From contig JAZAHK010000046.1 in assembly GCA_036231405.1 (NCBI GenBank), positions 96,001 to 160,000 of the forward strand: 64,000 nt of DNA. Direction: 5' to 3'. A program made the translations under genes and the position numbers. How positions within the stretch are numbered: position 1 is the first letter of the stretch; every line of letters begins with the position of its first letter. The notes beneath the pieces are model-generated. The model ran no database searches and had not been told where the DNA came from. It saw nothing but the letters and a program-made list of their open reading frames with translations. The stretch is from Nitrospinota bacterium (GTDB lineage Bacteria; UBA8248). Below are positions 48,761 to 60,313 of the stretch, piece by piece.

Positions 48761-49951
48761 ATGTCCACTGAAGAAGTAGTTATTTTGAGCAGTGTAAGGA
48801 CACCAGTTGGTTCTTTCGGAGGTTCTCTCAAGGATATAACTGCTCCTGAACTAGGAGTTTTAGTTTCTAAAGAAGCGATACGCAGATCTAATGTGCAACT
48901 TGAGAACTTCGATGAAGTGATTTTTGGTCACGGCTGGCAGGCAGGTGTTGGTCCAAATTCAGCTCGTTTAATTTCTGTCAGGAGTGGTTTGTCGGAAGAT
49001 ATTCCTGCTTTTACGGTTAATAAACGTTGTGGATCGAGTTTGAAAACGGTTTCTCTTGCCGCACAATCCATTCGTGCTGGTGACTCAAGTATTGTTCTGG
49101 CAGGGGGAGTAGAAAGTACAAGTAACGTACCTTATATCCAAGAAGATGCAAGATGGGGCGCGCGAATTGGTCATGCAAAATTTCTAGATCTTATCTATCA
49201 GGATGGATATATGGATCCTTTGTCCGGGCAGTTAATGGGATGTACTGCTGAGAATTTGGTAGAGAAGTATAATATTTCCCGAGAGGAACAGGATGAATTT
49301 GCACTTGAGAGTCAAGAGAAAGCAACAAAGGCAATTGAGACAGGATTATTTGAAGATGAGATAGTGAACGTAGAGTTGAAAAACAGAAAGGGTGAAATAG
49401 AAAATTTTACTAAAGACGAGACGCCCCATTTTAATATTTCTTTAGATAAGCTTAGCAAACTCCGTCCTGTTTTTGAAAAGGAAGGCTCTGTGACGGCAGG
49501 TAATTCTTGTTGTCAGGGAGATGCGGGTTCTGCTCTGGTCCTTTCGTCTAAAGAAAGAGCTAGTGAATTAGGACTTAAACCCTTAGTCTCAATATTGGGT
49601 TACGCATCAGCAGGGGTGGATCCAAAATTGATGGGATTGGGCCCTGTCGAAGCCATTCCAATGGCACTGCAGAAAGCAAACCGTAAATTAGAAGACATGG
49701 ATTTAATAGAGGTAAATGAGGCTTTTGCTGCACAGGTTATAGCATGTGAAAGAGAGCTAAGATGGGATCGTTCTAAATTAAATGTTCGAGGCGGAGCAAT
49801 AGCTTTAGGGCATCCAGTTGGCGCTACAGGCGGTAAGATTTTAGCTACTTGTATGAACACTTTAGAGAAAATAGGTAAAGAGCATGCAGTAGTTAGCGCG
49901 TGTATTGGTGGAGGACAAGGAATTGCTTTGGTTGTTCAACGTATTGGATAA
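48761..49951 (+). CDS. Thiolase (acetyl-CoA C-acyltransferase)
   Basis: RTPVG, NKRCGSS, NEAFA, GHPVGATG, CIGGGQG. Confidence 0.95.
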   Translation: MSTEEVVILSSVRTPVGSFGGSLKDITAPELGVLVSKEAIRRSNVQLENFDEVIFGHGWQAGVGPNSARLISVRSGLSEDIPAFTVNKRCGSSLKTVSLAAQSIRAGDSSIVLAGGVESTSNVPYIQEDARWGARIGHAKFLDLIYQDGYMDPLSGQLMGCTAENLVEKYNISREEQDEFALESQEKATKAIETGLFEDEIVNVELKNRKGEIENFTKDETPHFNISLDKLSKLRPVFEKEGSVTAGNSCCQGDAGSALVLSSKERASELGLKPLVSILGYASAGVDPKLMGLGPVEAIPMALQKANRKLEDMDLIEVNEAFAAQVIACERELRWDRSKLNVRGGAIALGHPVGATGGKILATCMNTLEKIGKEHAVVSACIGGGQGIALVVQRIG

Positions 49952-49977
49952 TTATAAAGAAAATTAGGGGTGTGGAT

Positions 49978-50838
49978 ATGTCTCCTGAGAAAGTATGTGT
50001 AATAGGAGCAGGTACTATGGGTGCTGGTATCGCCCAGGTTTTCGCCCAAAACTCAATTAATGTCATACTCTTTGACAAAAATGAAAAAATTGTTTCTGCC
50101 GCTATAGAAGGACTAAGGACCAGATTAGAGGCTCGCATGGAAGATGGAAAGATTTCTAGTGATTTTGTTGAGAAAATTTTTGATAAAATTAAAATTTCAG
50201 TTAGTCTGGATGAAGTCAAGGACTCAGACTTTGTCATTGAAGCTGTATATGAAGATATGGCAATAAAGAAGGAACTCTTTAAAAAAATAGACAACATGGC
50301 ACCTCCATCGACAATTTTCGCCAGCAACACTACTTCACTGTCGATTACTGAGATTGCTTCGTCAACAAATAGAACAGATAAAGTGATTGGTGTTCATTTT
50401 TTCAATCCACCAGTTGTAATGAAATTGGTAGAAATCATGCCAGGTCTCCAGACATCTCAACAGACTTTAGAAGAAACTTTAGAACTGGCTAAAACTTTAA
50501 AAAAAATTCCAGTTGTAGCTAATTTCGATAGTCCTGCAGGAATAGGAAGTAGAGTGCTTGCAGGACTTCTTAATGAAGCGGTTGAGGTTTTTTCTCAAGG
50601 ACTTGCTTCTGCAAATGATATCGATACTGCGATGAAAATGGGTGCAGGTCTTCCAATGGGTCCTCTTGAACTTATTGATTTAATTGGAGTTGATATACAT
50701 CTTGCTAAAACTGAAACTTTGTATCGTGAACTGGGTGAAACTCGCTATAGACCAAATTTTTTGCTCAAAAAGATGGTTCGTGCAGGCCATTTGGGTCGGA
50801 AATCCGGAAGAGGTTTTTACGACTATAGTTCTAGTTGA
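49978..50838 (+). CDS. 3-hydroxyacyl/3-hydroxybutyryl-CoA dehydrogenase
   Basis: GAGTMGAGIA, IEAV.E, ASNTTS, HFFNP, PMGPL.L.D, GRKSGRGFY; start at ATG 49978. Confidence 0.93.
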   Translation: MSPEKVCVIGAGTMGAGIAQVFAQNSINVILFDKNEKIVSAAIEGLRTRLEARMEDGKISSDFVEKIFDKIKISVSLDEVKDSDFVIEAVYEDMAIKKELFKKIDNMAPPSTIFASNTTSLSITEIASSTNRTDKVIGVHFFNPPVVMKLVEIMPGLQTSQQTLEETLELAKTLKKIPVVANFDSPAGIGSRVLAGLLNEAVEVFSQGLASANDIDTAMKMGAGLPMGPLELIDLIGVDIHLAKTETLYRELGETRYRPNFLLKKMVRAGHLGRKSGRGFYDYSSS

Positions 50839-50929
50839 TTTAAAAACTTATCATTGTAGGGTTTGAAACAGGAGTACAATCTGTTCGTTAATATGTAGTT
50901 TCTTTTAGCAAATATTGCATTCTTGATTA

Positions 50930-52072
50930 TTGGATAATTTTTTTCTTATAAGAGTTGCTCCCTTGATTGAAAAACAAAGTTCTCATAAAAGAACGCATTT
51001 ATTCGATAAGCATGTTGGATTGGGTGCTAAAATTGTGCCGTTTTCGGGTTTCGAAATGCCAGTCCAATATTCAGGGATCAAATCTGAGCATCTAACGGTC
51101 AGAGAAAATGTCGGTATTTTTGATGCTAGCCATATGGGTGAATTTATTTTTGAAGGTCCTGAATCTACTAAAATGTTGAATTTCTTAGTGACAAATAACA
51201 TAGCAAAACTTCCAATAGGGCAGGTTCTATATACCCTTATCTGTAAAGAGGATGGGGGTATCTTAGATGATGTTATGGCATACAGAATTTCAGAGAATAA
51301 ATATATGCTTGTTGTGAATGCATCTAACATTGAAAAAGATTTTGATTGGGTCTCGTCGCACAATTGTTTTGATTGCGAATTAGAAAATGTAAGTGAAGAG
51401 ATGTGTTTGATTGCTCTCCAGGGTCCAAATTCAGAAATTGTTTTGGAAAAGCTTGTTCCGCAGAATCAGAATTTTTCAAAATTAGATTCTTTCCAACTTA
51501 TTGAGTGCGAGATAGATAATGCTTCTGTTTTGATTTCGAGGACAGGTTATACTGGTGAAGATGGATACGAAATATATTGTAGGAAAAATAAAGTTCATTT
51601 GATTTGGGATCAACTTCTAGAATTTGGGAAGACATTCGACATTGCCCCATGTGGTTTAGGGTCCAGGGACACTTTACGAATAGAGATGAAGTATTCTCTA
51701 TATGGAAATGAAATTGACGAATTAACGAATCCTTATGAAGCAGGTTTAGGATGGGTCGTGAAATTGAATCATTCTGATTTTATTGGCCATGACAAGTTGT
51801 CTGAAATTCGTTCGGAAGGTATTTGTAGGAAATTGGTTGGTTTTGAGATGATTGATAGAGGGATCCCAAGAAAAGGCAATAAAATTTTTTTGCGAGGAAA
51901 AGAAATTGGATATGTAACGAGCGGGACTATGAGCCCTTCGTTGAATTTACCTATAGGAATAGGGTATGTTTCAAAAGAAAATGCACTAGAAGGTGGTGAA
52001 TTGGAGGTAGATATACGTGGCAGTAATAGAAGAGGATGTATAGTAAAAACTCCCTTCTATAGAAAGAATTAA
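50930..52072 (+). CDS. gcvT: Glycine cleavage system T protein (start uncertain, possibly TTG 50963)
   Basis: MPVQY, FDASHMGE, VVNASN, SRTGYTGEDGYE, GLGSRDTLRIE, VTSGTMSP. Confidence 0.96.
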   Translation: MDNFFLIRVAPLIEKQSSHKRTHLFDKHVGLGAKIVPFSGFEMPVQYSGIKSEHLTVRENVGIFDASHMGEFIFEGPESTKMLNFLVTNNIAKLPIGQVLYTLICKEDGGILDDVMAYRISENKYMLVVNASNIEKDFDWVSSHNCFDCELENVSEEMCLIALQGPNSEIVLEKLVPQNQNFSKLDSFQLIECEIDNASVLISRTGYTGEDGYEIYCRKNKVHLIWDQLLEFGKTFDIAPCGLGSRDTLRIEMKYSLYGNEIDELTNPYEAGLGWVVKLNHSDFIGHDKLSEIRSEGICRKLVGFEMIDRGIPRKGNKIFLRGKEIGYVTSGTMSPSLNLPIGIGYVSKENALEGGELEVDIRGSNRRGCIVKTPFYRKN

Positions 52073-52110
52073 GATTTGAAAATTAAATTTATATTAAGGA
52101 GTATAACTAG

Positions 52111-52500
52111 ATGGAATTTCCTGAAGATTTGAAGTATTCAAAAGAGCATGAATGGGTAAGACTCGAAGGAAATATTGCAGTTATAGGAATAACTTCTCAT
52201 GCACAGGATGAACTTGGTGATGTTGTTTATGTGGAGGCTCCAGAAATTGGGTCGACTGTAGATGCAAGTGGAACGTTTGGCGTTGTAGAATCTGTAAAAG
52301 CTGTTTCTGATTTGTATTCACCAGTTTCTGGGACAGTAGTAGAAGTTAATTCTAGGCTTGAAGAAGAACCTGAATTGGTAAATTCAGATCCTTACAATAA
52401 AGCTTGGATTATTAAAGTGGAAATGTCAGATTCTAATGAGTTAGATGCTCTTTTAAATAGTGAGGAATATGCCTCCTACGTTCGTGCGGAAGGAAAATAA
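52111..52500 (+). CDS. gcvH: Glycine cleavage system H protein
   Basis: [17 protein letters not shown] (lipoyl Lys), NSDPY. Confidence 0.97.
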   Translation: MEFPEDLKYSKEHEWVRLEGNIAVIGITSHAQDELGDVVYVEAPEIGSTVDASGTFGVVESVKAVSDLYSPVSGTVVEVNSRLEEEPELVNSDPYNKAWIIKVEMSDSNELDALLNSEEYASYVRAEGK

Positions 52501-52532
52501 ATACTGCTATCGTTTTAAAAGAGGTTATACAT

Positions 52533-55430
52533 TTGGGTTTACCTAATTCCTTTAAAGATTTAGAATTTCTAGAACAAAGAGATGAGTTTGTTAGAAGGCA
52601 TATTGGTCCTAGTGACAAAGACATCTCTAATATGCTCGAATTCCTCGGTTTTTCTGGACTTGAACAGTTAATAAATAATACGGTTCCTAATTCTATATTA
52701 GTGAAAGAACCTATTAAAATAGGGAAAAGTTGCCCAGAGGAAGAGGTGCTTTCACGCTTGCGTTTATTCGCAGGGAAAAATGTTGTTAAGCGTTCCATGA
52801 TTGGAATGGGGTATCATGATTGTATTACTCCACCAGTAATCTTAAGGAATATTCTAGAGAATCCTGCTTGGTATACTGCATACACTCCTTATCAGCCCGA
52901 AATTTCACAGGGTCGTTTGGAGGCTCTTTTAAATTTTCAGACTTTAATTTCTGATTTAACAGGTATGGATATTGCGAACTCTTCGTTGTTGGATGAAGGA
53001 ACGGCTGCAGCAGAGGCTATGACTATGATTAGGAATCTATCTAAAAACCAGAGTTCGGTTTATTATGTTTCTGATGCATGTCACCCACAAACAATCGACA
53101 TATTAAGGACTAGAGCTGAGCCGCAAGGAATCGAGGTCGTAGTTGGGAATATAGAATCATGTATTGAATGTAATCCCTTCGGTATTTTTATTCAATATCC
53201 TAGTACTACCGGAAGAATATTTGATTTTTCAGGTCTTGTTGAAAAAGTACATGAGAACGATTGTCTAGTCGCAGTTGCATCCGATCTGATGAGTTTAGTT
53301 TTATTGAAACCTCCTGGAGAATTTGGAGTTGACGTTGTTGTTGGGAGTTCGCAACGGTTTGGAGTTCCTATGGGTTTTGGTGGGCCTCATGGTGCTTTTT
53401 TTGCAACTCGGGAAAACTATAAAAGATCTATTCCTGGGCGTATTGTTGGTGTCTCCATTGATGCAAATGAAGATAGTGCCTTGAGACTTTCCCTTCAGAC
53501 TAGAGAGCAACATATTAGAAGAGAGAAAGCAACTAGTAATATTTGTACTGCTCAGGTTCTTCTTGCTGTTGTGGCTAGTATGTATGCTGTTTATCATGGA
53601 CCTGTCGGACTTAGAAGGATTGCCGAGAGGATCCATCGTTTCACTTCTATTTTGTCAAATGGTCTTGAAAGATTAAATTACAGATTAGAGAGTAACTATT
53701 TCTTTGATACGGTCGAAGTTAATGTAGATGATAGAAAAGCAATTGCCCTGATTCAGGAAGCTGAAAAAAGAGGATTTAATCTACGATTTATTTCAGATGA
53801 TAGGGTAGGTATTTCTCTAGATGAAACGACAAAGTTACAGGAGATAGAAGAACTGTTAGGAGTTTTTAGCGAAAACGGTGCAATTGATTTTGAAGTACTT
53901 GAGTGCGATAAGATTAATAATGCCAGAATTCCAAAGGAACTTTTGAGGGAGTCTTCTTACCTTACTCACACGGTTTTTAATTTGTATCATTCAGAAACCG
54001 AGATGCTGCGTTATATTTTTCGACTTCAGGAAAAAGATATTTCCCTTACAAGGTCTATGATTCCTTTAGGTTCTTGTACTATGAAATTAAATGCCACTTC
54101 TGAAATGATTCCTATCAGTTGGGAAGGGTTCAATAGAATCCATCCTTTTGCTCCTTCTAGTCAGTGTGAGGGGTACAAGGCTTTCCTAGAAGATCTCGAA
54201 AAAAAATTGTCGGAGATAACTGGTTTCTCACGAATTTCTTTTCAGCCAAATTCTGGAGCTCAAGGAGAATATGCTGGTTTGCTCGTTATTAGAAAATATC
54301 ATGAAAAGCAGGGTGAAATTAATCGTAACATTTGCCTGATTCCTAGTTCTGCACATGGGACAAATCCCGCGAGTGCTGTTATGGCCGGTTTTGAAGTTAT
54401 AGTAGTAGAATGTGATGATAGCGGTAACGTGGATTTTTCTGATCTGAAAAATAAAGCTGAATTATATTCTTCTAACTTGGGAGCCTTGATGGTTACATAT
54501 CCATCAACTCATGGGGTTTTTGAAGAAAAAATATCGGATATCTGCAAAGTTGTGCATGCAAATGGTGGGCAAGTGTATATGGATGGTGCGAATCTAAATG
54601 CACTTGTAGGATTATGTCGTCCTGGAGATTTTGGCCCGGATGTTGCTCATATGAATTTACACAAGACTTTTTGTATCCCTCATGGAGGTGGCGGTCCAGG
54701 AATGGGTCCAATTGGTGTGGCTGAACATCTCCTTCCTTTTATACCTAGTCATTTTACTGAAGAGAGTCATTCTTCAATAGACAGAGGTTATACCGTGTCT
54801 TCTGCACCTTGGGGCAGTGCAGGTATTTTACCAATTTCGTGGGCTTATATTGAAATGATGGGCGGACTTGGTCTTAAAAAAGCTTCTCAAGTTGCAATAC
54901 TGAACGCTAACTATATTTCAAAAAAACTTGAAGGTCATTATGAGGTTCTCTATAAGGGTTTAAAAGAAATGGTTGCACACGAATGTATTATAGATTTAAG
55001 AAGTATAGAGGCACGGTCAGGAGTGACCGTTGAAGATGTTGCTAAACGCTTAATTGACTTTGGTTTTCATGCTCCCACAATGTCTTTCCCTGTTCCTGGA
55101 ACTTTAATGATTGAACCTACTGAGAGTGAATCAAAGGAAGAGCTAGACAGATTTTGTGAGGCTATGATAGAGATTCGTAAAGAGATAACTGAAGTAGAAA
55201 ATGGTTCTTCTGATAAATTGCAAAATATTCTAAAAAATGCGCCTCATACATCCAGAGATGTTTCAGCGGAGATTTGGACTTATTCTTATTCAAGGGAGAA
55301 AGCTGTTTTCCCTTTGCCATGGATAAAAGAGAATAAATATTGGCCTCCTGTGAAACGTGTTAATAATCCCTATGGAGATAGGAATCTTATTTGTTCTTGT
55401 CAACCAATTGAAAACTTCCATGAAAGTTAA
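52533..55430 (+). CDS. gcvP: Glycine dehydrogenase (decarboxylating), single-chain P protein
   Basis: [52 protein letters not shown]. Confidence 0.98.
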   Translation: MGLPNSFKDLEFLEQRDEFVRRHIGPSDKDISNMLEFLGFSGLEQLINNTVPNSILVKEPIKIGKSCPEEEVLSRLRLFAGKNVVKRSMIGMGYHDCITPPVILRNILENPAWYTAYTPYQPEISQGRLEALLNFQTLISDLTGMDIANSSLLDEGTAAAEAMTMIRNLSKNQSSVYYVSDACHPQTIDILRTRAEPQGIEVVVGNIESCIECNPFGIFIQYPSTTGRIFDFSGLVEKVHENDCLVAVASDLMSLVLLKPPGEFGVDVVVGSSQRFGVPMGFGGPHGAFFATRENYKRSIPGRIVGVSIDANEDSALRLSLQTREQHIRREKATSNICTAQVLLAVVASMYAVYHGPVGLRRIAERIHRFTSILSNGLERLNYRLESNYFFDTVEVNVDDRKAIALIQEAEKRGFNLRFISDDRVGISLDETTKLQEIEELLGVFSENGAIDFEVLECDKINNARIPKELLRESSYLTHTVFNLYHSETEMLRYIFRLQEKDISLTRSMIPLGSCTMKLNATSEMIPISWEGFNRIHPFAPSSQCEGYKAFLEDLEKKLSEITGFSRISFQPNSGAQGEYAGLLVIRKYHEKQGEINRNICLIPSSAHGTNPASAVMAGFEVIVVECDDSGNVDFSDLKNKAELYSSNLGALMVTYPSTHGVFEEKISDICKVVHANGGQVYMDGANLNALVGLCRPGDFGPDVAHMNLHKTFCIPHGGGGPGMGPIGVAEHLLPFIPSHFTEESHSSIDRGYTVSSAPWGSAGILPISWAYIEMMGGLGLKKASQVAILNANYISKKLEGHYEVLYKGLKEMVAHECIIDLRSIEARSGVTVEDVAKRLIDFGFHAPTMSFPVPGTLMIEPTESESKEELDRFCEAMIEIRKEITEVENGSSDKLQNILKNAPHTSRDVSAEIWTYSYSREKAVFPLPWIKENKYWPPVKRVNNPYGDRNLICSCQPIENFHES

Positions 55431-55440
55431 GGAGAACTAA

Positions 55441-56262
55441 TTGGGGCAATTTTCCGGACAATTTTTTAATACTGGATTCCAAACAGGTGCTTGGAACATG
55501 GCTATAGATGAAGTATTGTTTCAAAATTGCAAGCAAAAATTTAATCAAAGAAAAAATGAAGACTTCCCTACTCCTATTTTTCTCAGGGTTTATGGATGGA
55601 GCAAACCAACTATTACTGTTGGTAGGTTTCAATCTATAAACAGAGATTTTGATTTAGAAAAATCTCTAGCACAAGGTTTGGATATTTGCAGACGTATTAG
55701 CGGTGGTAGAGCAGTTCTCCACGATTGTGAGTTAACGTATTCAATAACAGGCACTTCGGATCTTTTGGGTAAAAAAATTTCAGAAACCTACGAGAAAATT
55801 AGTTACGGAATAAAATTTGCTTTGGATAAACTTGGGATTGAATCTGATTTTGTTCTGCCTGAAAAAAAAGTATATTCCTCGAACCCTTCTTGTTTTGCAA
55901 CCTATTCTGTTAGGGAAATTTTATGCCAAGGGTATAAAATTTCTGGAAGTGCACAATATAGGGAAGGAGATGCGATAATCCAACATGGGAATATCCTCTT
56001 TAGGTCGGCCGAAAAAAAATTGTTAGAAGTTTTTAAGTTTAGAAAAAGTGAAAATTTTACAAAAAAAAATGGAATTGGTATTTTCGATATTCTCGGTATT
56101 GATCTCAAATTTGATACTGTTGCGGAGGAATTAAAAAGAGCCTTTGAAAAAGTTTTGGACATTAACTTGAATAGGTCTTGTTTGAGAGACGAAGATATAG
56201 AAAATACTCATAAATTGGTGAAAAAGAAATATACCGACTTGTCATGGAATAAGGCGTCATGA
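55441..56262 (+). CDS. Lipoate-protein ligase A family protein (LipM-like octanoyltransferase)
   Basis: NMAIDE, LRVYGW, RRISGGRAVLH, PSCF, KISGSAQ, QHG; directly after gcvTHP. Confidence 0.85.
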   Translation: MGQFSGQFFNTGFQTGAWNMAIDEVLFQNCKQKFNQRKNEDFPTPIFLRVYGWSKPTITVGRFQSINRDFDLEKSLAQGLDICRRISGGRAVLHDCELTYSITGTSDLLGKKISETYEKISYGIKFALDKLGIESDFVLPEKKVYSSNPSCFATYSVREILCQGYKISGSAQYREGDAIIQHGNILFRSAEKKLLEVFKFRKSENFTKKNGIGIFDILGIDLKFDTVAEELKRAFEKVLDINLNRSCLRDEDIENTHKLVKKKYTDLSWNKAS

Positions 56263-56368
56263 GTTTATGAAGTGAAATTTTAGTTTCTTTGCTCTAATTT
56301 CGATTAAATATTTTAGTTTTTCTGAACTTTCTAACATGATAGTACTTTCTAGTTATTTTTAAATTTTT

Positions 56369-57253
56369 ATGGAGTTATTTTTGAAATATTCCTCTAGAAA
56401 TGATCTTGAATCTCTTAGTATGTATTCAGAAAATTTATTGGCTGTAGATTTTCATGTTCACTCAAATGCATCTGATGGACAACTCCAGCCAAAAGAGGTT
56501 GTTAAATATGCTAAAGAAAAAAATATTGTAGCTTTATCTCTCACTGATCATGACACTGTAGCAGGTTTACAAGAAGCAAGAGTTGAAGCAAGTAAAAATG
56601 ATATATTTCTATTCGATGGGATCGAAGTGTCAGCTTCATATGACGGAAAAATATTTCATTTATTGGGACATTTTATAGACCCAGACTCGATCGAAATTAA
56701 ATCTTTGGTTGAGAGACACGGTCTTTCTAGAAAAACTAGGATGTCTGAGATGATTGATAGATTAATAAACTTAGGTATTGCTGTAGATAAGGATGAGTTC
56801 AATAATATCTTTGGAAATGTATCGAGTATTACTCGTGGTCAGCTTTGTAATTACCTTTTGGAGAAAGCGTTAGTTTCTAGTACAGAAGAGGTTTTTAATA
56901 AATATATAGGGGATGGATGTCCAGCATATGTTGAACTGGATTGTATTTCTCCAGAGAAAGCTATAGAGACGATTGTTCAGTCTGGTGGAGTTGCAACCTT
57001 GGCACATCCAAATTTGACCGAAAGCGATGATTTTATTGGGAAATTGGTGGATGCTGGATTGTCTGGTATAGAAACCGATCATCCATCTCAGAGTAAACTT
57101 GATTCTACTCATTACAAAAAAATTGCGGAATATTATTCTTTATTGCAAATGGGTGGTTCTGATTGTCATGGAGATAGATTGAAGGGTCTTAAGATAGGAA
57201 GTCATCTTCAAAGAATTGGTCTGATTTATGAACTTTCTGATAGGTGTCATTAA
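56369..57253 (+). CDS. PHP domain phosphoesterase (start possibly ATG 56420)
   Basis: DFHVHSNASDG, LTDHD, GIE, HLLG, LAHP, GGSDCHG. Confidence 0.9.
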   Translation: MELFLKYSSRNDLESLSMYSENLLAVDFHVHSNASDGQLQPKEVVKYAKEKNIVALSLTDHDTVAGLQEARVEASKNDIFLFDGIEVSASYDGKIFHLLGHFIDPDSIEIKSLVERHGLSRKTRMSEMIDRLINLGIAVDKDEFNNIFGNVSSITRGQLCNYLLEKALVSSTEEVFNKYIGDGCPAYVELDCISPEKAIETIVQSGGVATLAHPNLTESDDFIGKLVDAGLSGIETDHPSQSKLDSTHYKKIAEYYSLLQMGGSDCHGDRLKGLKIGSHLQRIGLIYELSDRCH

Positions 57254-57377
57254 ATTCGTTCAAATTAAAATATGAGTGTTTTGAGAGAATTTAAAGCTAG
57301 GGTAGAATGTATAAATTAGCTTGCGGTACACACTGATCGTTTTTGGTCTAATTTATTTCCCTTGCTAGAGGGTTTTC

Positions 57378-57659
57378 GTGCGATTAAGAAAAGAAATGAT
57401 AGAAAGAATTTCAGATAGAATCGTAATGCGTCTCCTAGGTAAGGATCTTATTTCACCCGATCTGAAGATTGACGTCTTGAAAACTAGGATGTCAAACGTT
57501 ATAGAAGAGGATTTACTTGTAGAAGATCGTTTGAATGAAGAAGTAAAAGAAATTTTGTATGATTTCCAGAATGAAATGGATGAGGGTAAAGTTGACTATA
57601 GCCGAATGTTCTCTATGGTTAAAACAAGAATTGCTAGAGAACGTAATTTAATTTTATAG
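57378..57659 (+). CDS. DUF507 family protein
   Basis: MRL..., ED.LNEEVKEIL, DY.RMF..VK..IARER..IL pattern. Confidence 0.75.
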   Translation: MRLRKEMIERISDRIVMRLLGKDLISPDLKIDVLKTRMSNVIEEDLLVEDRLNEEVKEILYDFQNEMDEGKVDYSRMFSMVKTRIARERNLIL

Positions 57660-57675
57660 AGCCAGGATCTTTTAA

Positions 57676-57951
57676 ATGCGTTTAGGTAGAGATAAAATTA
57701 ATCATATTACAAATATTTTAGTAGAAGATCTAAAAGAAAATTCTGACGTGGAGTTTTTGGTAGAGGATGGTGAGATTCGTGCTAATGTGCAGCGTTCCAT
57801 CTTTAATGAACTTATGTTGGATGATGAAATAGACGAAGAAGTTAGAAGGACTCTAAGCTCTTATTCGAGTCGTTTGCTTGAAGGAAGTCGTGAATGGGAA
57901 ATCTTATATTGGAAACATTATGAACAGGAAAGTAATCGTCGTGGGTTATAA
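57676..57951 (+). CDS. DUF507 family protein (second paralog)
   Basis: MRL.RDKINHI, EGSREWEILY.K.Y..E pattern. Confidence 0.75.
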   Translation: MRLGRDKINHITNILVEDLKENSDVEFLVEDGEIRANVQRSIFNELMLDDEIDEEVRRTLSSYSSRLLEGSREWEILYWKHYEQESNRRGL

Positions 57952-57984
57952 AATCCTTTTAATGCAAGTTCTTATTCTTTCTTA

Positions 57985-58596
57985 ATGGCAAATTTTATTT
58001 CTGTAGGTTTAACAGGTGGGATTGCTTCCGGGAAGTCAACTGTTGCCGAAATGTTTGAATCAGAAGGTATTCCTGTGTTAGATGCTGATAAAATTGCTCG
58101 CGATCTAGTTTGTATTGGATCCCAAGCTTTCTCTGAAATAGTGAATGAATTTGGAAAACGGGTGTTGGATCCTACTGGTTCATTGGATAGATCTGTATTG
58201 GGAGAAATTATTTTTTCAGATGCAGGCGAAAGAGAGAAATTGAATCAAATTATGCATCCAAAAATACAGCGAGAACAAAAAAATTGGCTTGAAAAAATTA
58301 GAAAAGACGGAAAATTTAAGATTGGGGTGGTAGAAGCTGCCTTGATGATTGAGTCAGGTGGGTATAAGAATTTTGAATTTTTAGTTGTAGTTAAATGTAG
58401 TGAAAAAGATCAATTCGATCGCTTGGAGAAAAGAGATAATTTTTCTAAGGCAAGTATTAGAGCAAGATTGGAATCTCAGATGCCCATGATTGAGAAAACA
58501 GAATATGCGGATTGGGTGTTAGATAATTCACGTGATTTGAATTTTTTAAAGTCGCAGGTTTTTGTTCTTGTCAGTAAATTGTTTTCTATGGTGTAA
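57985..58596 (+). CDS. coaE: Dephospho-CoA kinase
   Basis: GLTGGIASGKST, DAD.IAR, LDR..LG, HP, RL.SQ. Confidence 0.95.
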   Translation: MANFISVGLTGGIASGKSTVAEMFESEGIPVLDADKIARDLVCIGSQAFSEIVNEFGKRVLDPTGSLDRSVLGEIIFSDAGEREKLNQIMHPKIQREQKNWLEKIRKDGKFKIGVVEAALMIESGGYKNFEFLVVVKCSEKDQFDRLEKRDNFSKASIRARLESQMPMIEKTEYADWVLDNSRDLNFLKSQVFVLVSKLFSMV

Positions 58597-58604
58597 TTAC
58601 AATG

Positions 58605-58633
58605 TTGACAACAATTTTTAATTTTGATAGCTT
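58605..58633 (+). promoter_or_regulatory. Putative sigma70 promoter of rho
   Basis: TTGACA-N17-TAGCTT with extended -10 TG. Confidence 0.55.
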
Positions 58634-58914
58634 CACAAATATTATAAGTATCAGGTTGATTTAATGATTTTTGTCCATTGCGCCCTGTTACTCCTTTTCA
58701 TTTTGCTGAGTCAAATTTTTCCTAAGGGTCCTGCCTTTATTTTCACTTAAGTTTATGGGGTTTTTTAGGTTGTTCTGAATTCTCTGAATTAGGGGATTAT
58801 ACTAGTAGGGATTTGAGCCCTGTTTTTATCTTAGGTTTCTAAATAGGCCAATGTTATTTATTTCATTAATTTTTCTAAAACAGTTGTTTAATTAAAAAAG
58901 GGAGATGATATTTA

Positions 58915-60216
58915 ATGCAACCAGCAACAAAAGAACCGGCTTCAAAAAAACAAAGAGTACTGCATCTTGCAGAGTTGAAAAGAAAGACTATCATGGAGTT
59001 GAATGGTATCCTGAAAGAATTAGGGGTAGATGGATCAAGCGGATTAAGAAAGCAGGATCTGATCTTTAAAATCTTAGAAGCCCAATCTGAAGAAAATAGG
59101 GATGGAGGGAAGATTACAGGAGAAGGTGTTCTAGAAATTCTTCCTGACGGTTTTGGTTTCCTCCGGTCTCCCTCTTATAACTATCTTCCTGGACCAGATG
59201 ATATTTATGTTTCTCCTAGTCAGATTCGCCGGTTCGATCTTAGGACTGGAGATTCTATTACAGGAGAGATTCGTCAGCCAAAGGAGGGAGAGCGTTATTT
59301 CGCACTTCTAAGAGTTGAAGAAGTGAATTTTGATTCATCAGAATCTCAAACCCAGAAAATTTTGTTTGACAACTTAACCCCGTTATATCCAGATAGAAGG
59401 GCAGTTCTTGAGGTGTCTGGAGGGTCAATCAACTCTAGAATTATGGATTTGATGACCCCAATTGGTTTTGGACAACGTGGTTTGATCGTTGCTGCTCCAA
59501 GAACTGGTAAAACTATGATGTTACAATCAATAGCAAAGAGCATAGCGGATAACTATCCTGATGTTCACCTTATGGTTTTGTTAATTGATGAAAGGCCTGA
59601 AGAGGTGACCGATATGGAAAGGTCTGTCAGAGGGGAAGTTATTAGTTCGACTTTTGATGAGCCTGCTTCTCGTCATGTTCAGGTTGCCGACATGGTCATC
59701 GAAAAGGCAAAACGACTTGTAGAGCATAAAAAGGACGTCGTTATCTTACTTGACTCGATTACGAGACTTGCTAGGGCACACAATACGATTATATCTCCGA
59801 GCGGAAAAGTACTCTCAGGTGGAGTTGATTCTAACGCTTTACAAAGGCCGAAACGTTTCTTCGGAGCTGCCAGGAATTTGGAAGAAGGTGGGAGTCTTAC
59901 TATTTTGGCTACTGCTTTGGTGGAAACAGGAAGCAGGATGGATGATGTTATCTTTGAGGAATTTAAAGGAACAGGAAACATGGAGATTCATCTAGATAGG
60001 AAACTTTCCGACAAGAGAGTTTTCCCTGCAGTTGATATCAATAAATCGGGGACTCGTAAAGAAGAATTGTTATTGAATCAGTCTGAACTTAGTCGTGTTT
60101 GGGTGCTAAGGAAGGTCTTGCAACCACTTGGAGTTATTGATTCTATGGAATTACTTCTAGAGAAGATGCAAGAAACAAAAACTAATGAAGAGTTTCTTTC
60201 AACCATGAATAATTAA
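58915..60216 (+). CDS. rho: Transcription termination factor Rho
   Basis: [52 protein letters not shown]. Confidence 0.98.
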   Translation: MQPATKEPASKKQRVLHLAELKRKTIMELNGILKELGVDGSSGLRKQDLIFKILEAQSEENRDGGKITGEGVLEILPDGFGFLRSPSYNYLPGPDDIYVSPSQIRRFDLRTGDSITGEIRQPKEGERYFALLRVEEVNFDSSESQTQKILFDNLTPLYPDRRAVLEVSGGSINSRIMDLMTPIGFGQRGLIVAAPRTGKTMMLQSIAKSIADNYPDVHLMVLLIDERPEEVTDMERSVRGEVISSTFDEPASRHVQVADMVIEKAKRLVEHKKDVVILLDSITRLARAHNTIISPSGKVLSGGVDSNALQRPKRFFGAARNLEEGGSLTILATALVETGSRMDDVIFEEFKGTGNMEIHLDRKLSDKRVFPAVDINKSGTRKEELLLNQSELSRVWVLRKVLQPLGVIDSMELLLEKMQETKTNEEFLSTMNN

Positions 60217-60313
60217 TTTTTCAACTTTTACAAACTTTTTGCTAGACAAATCGCTTTAAATTTCGTTATAACGCGATCTCTTTTCTGGTTTTATTTTTTT
60301 GAGGATTTAACGC

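Noticed and set aside
50839-50962. Glycine riboswitch upstream of gcvT
   Set aside because: AT-rich; I cannot find the conserved aptamer cores or paired stems. An Rfam scan would settle it.
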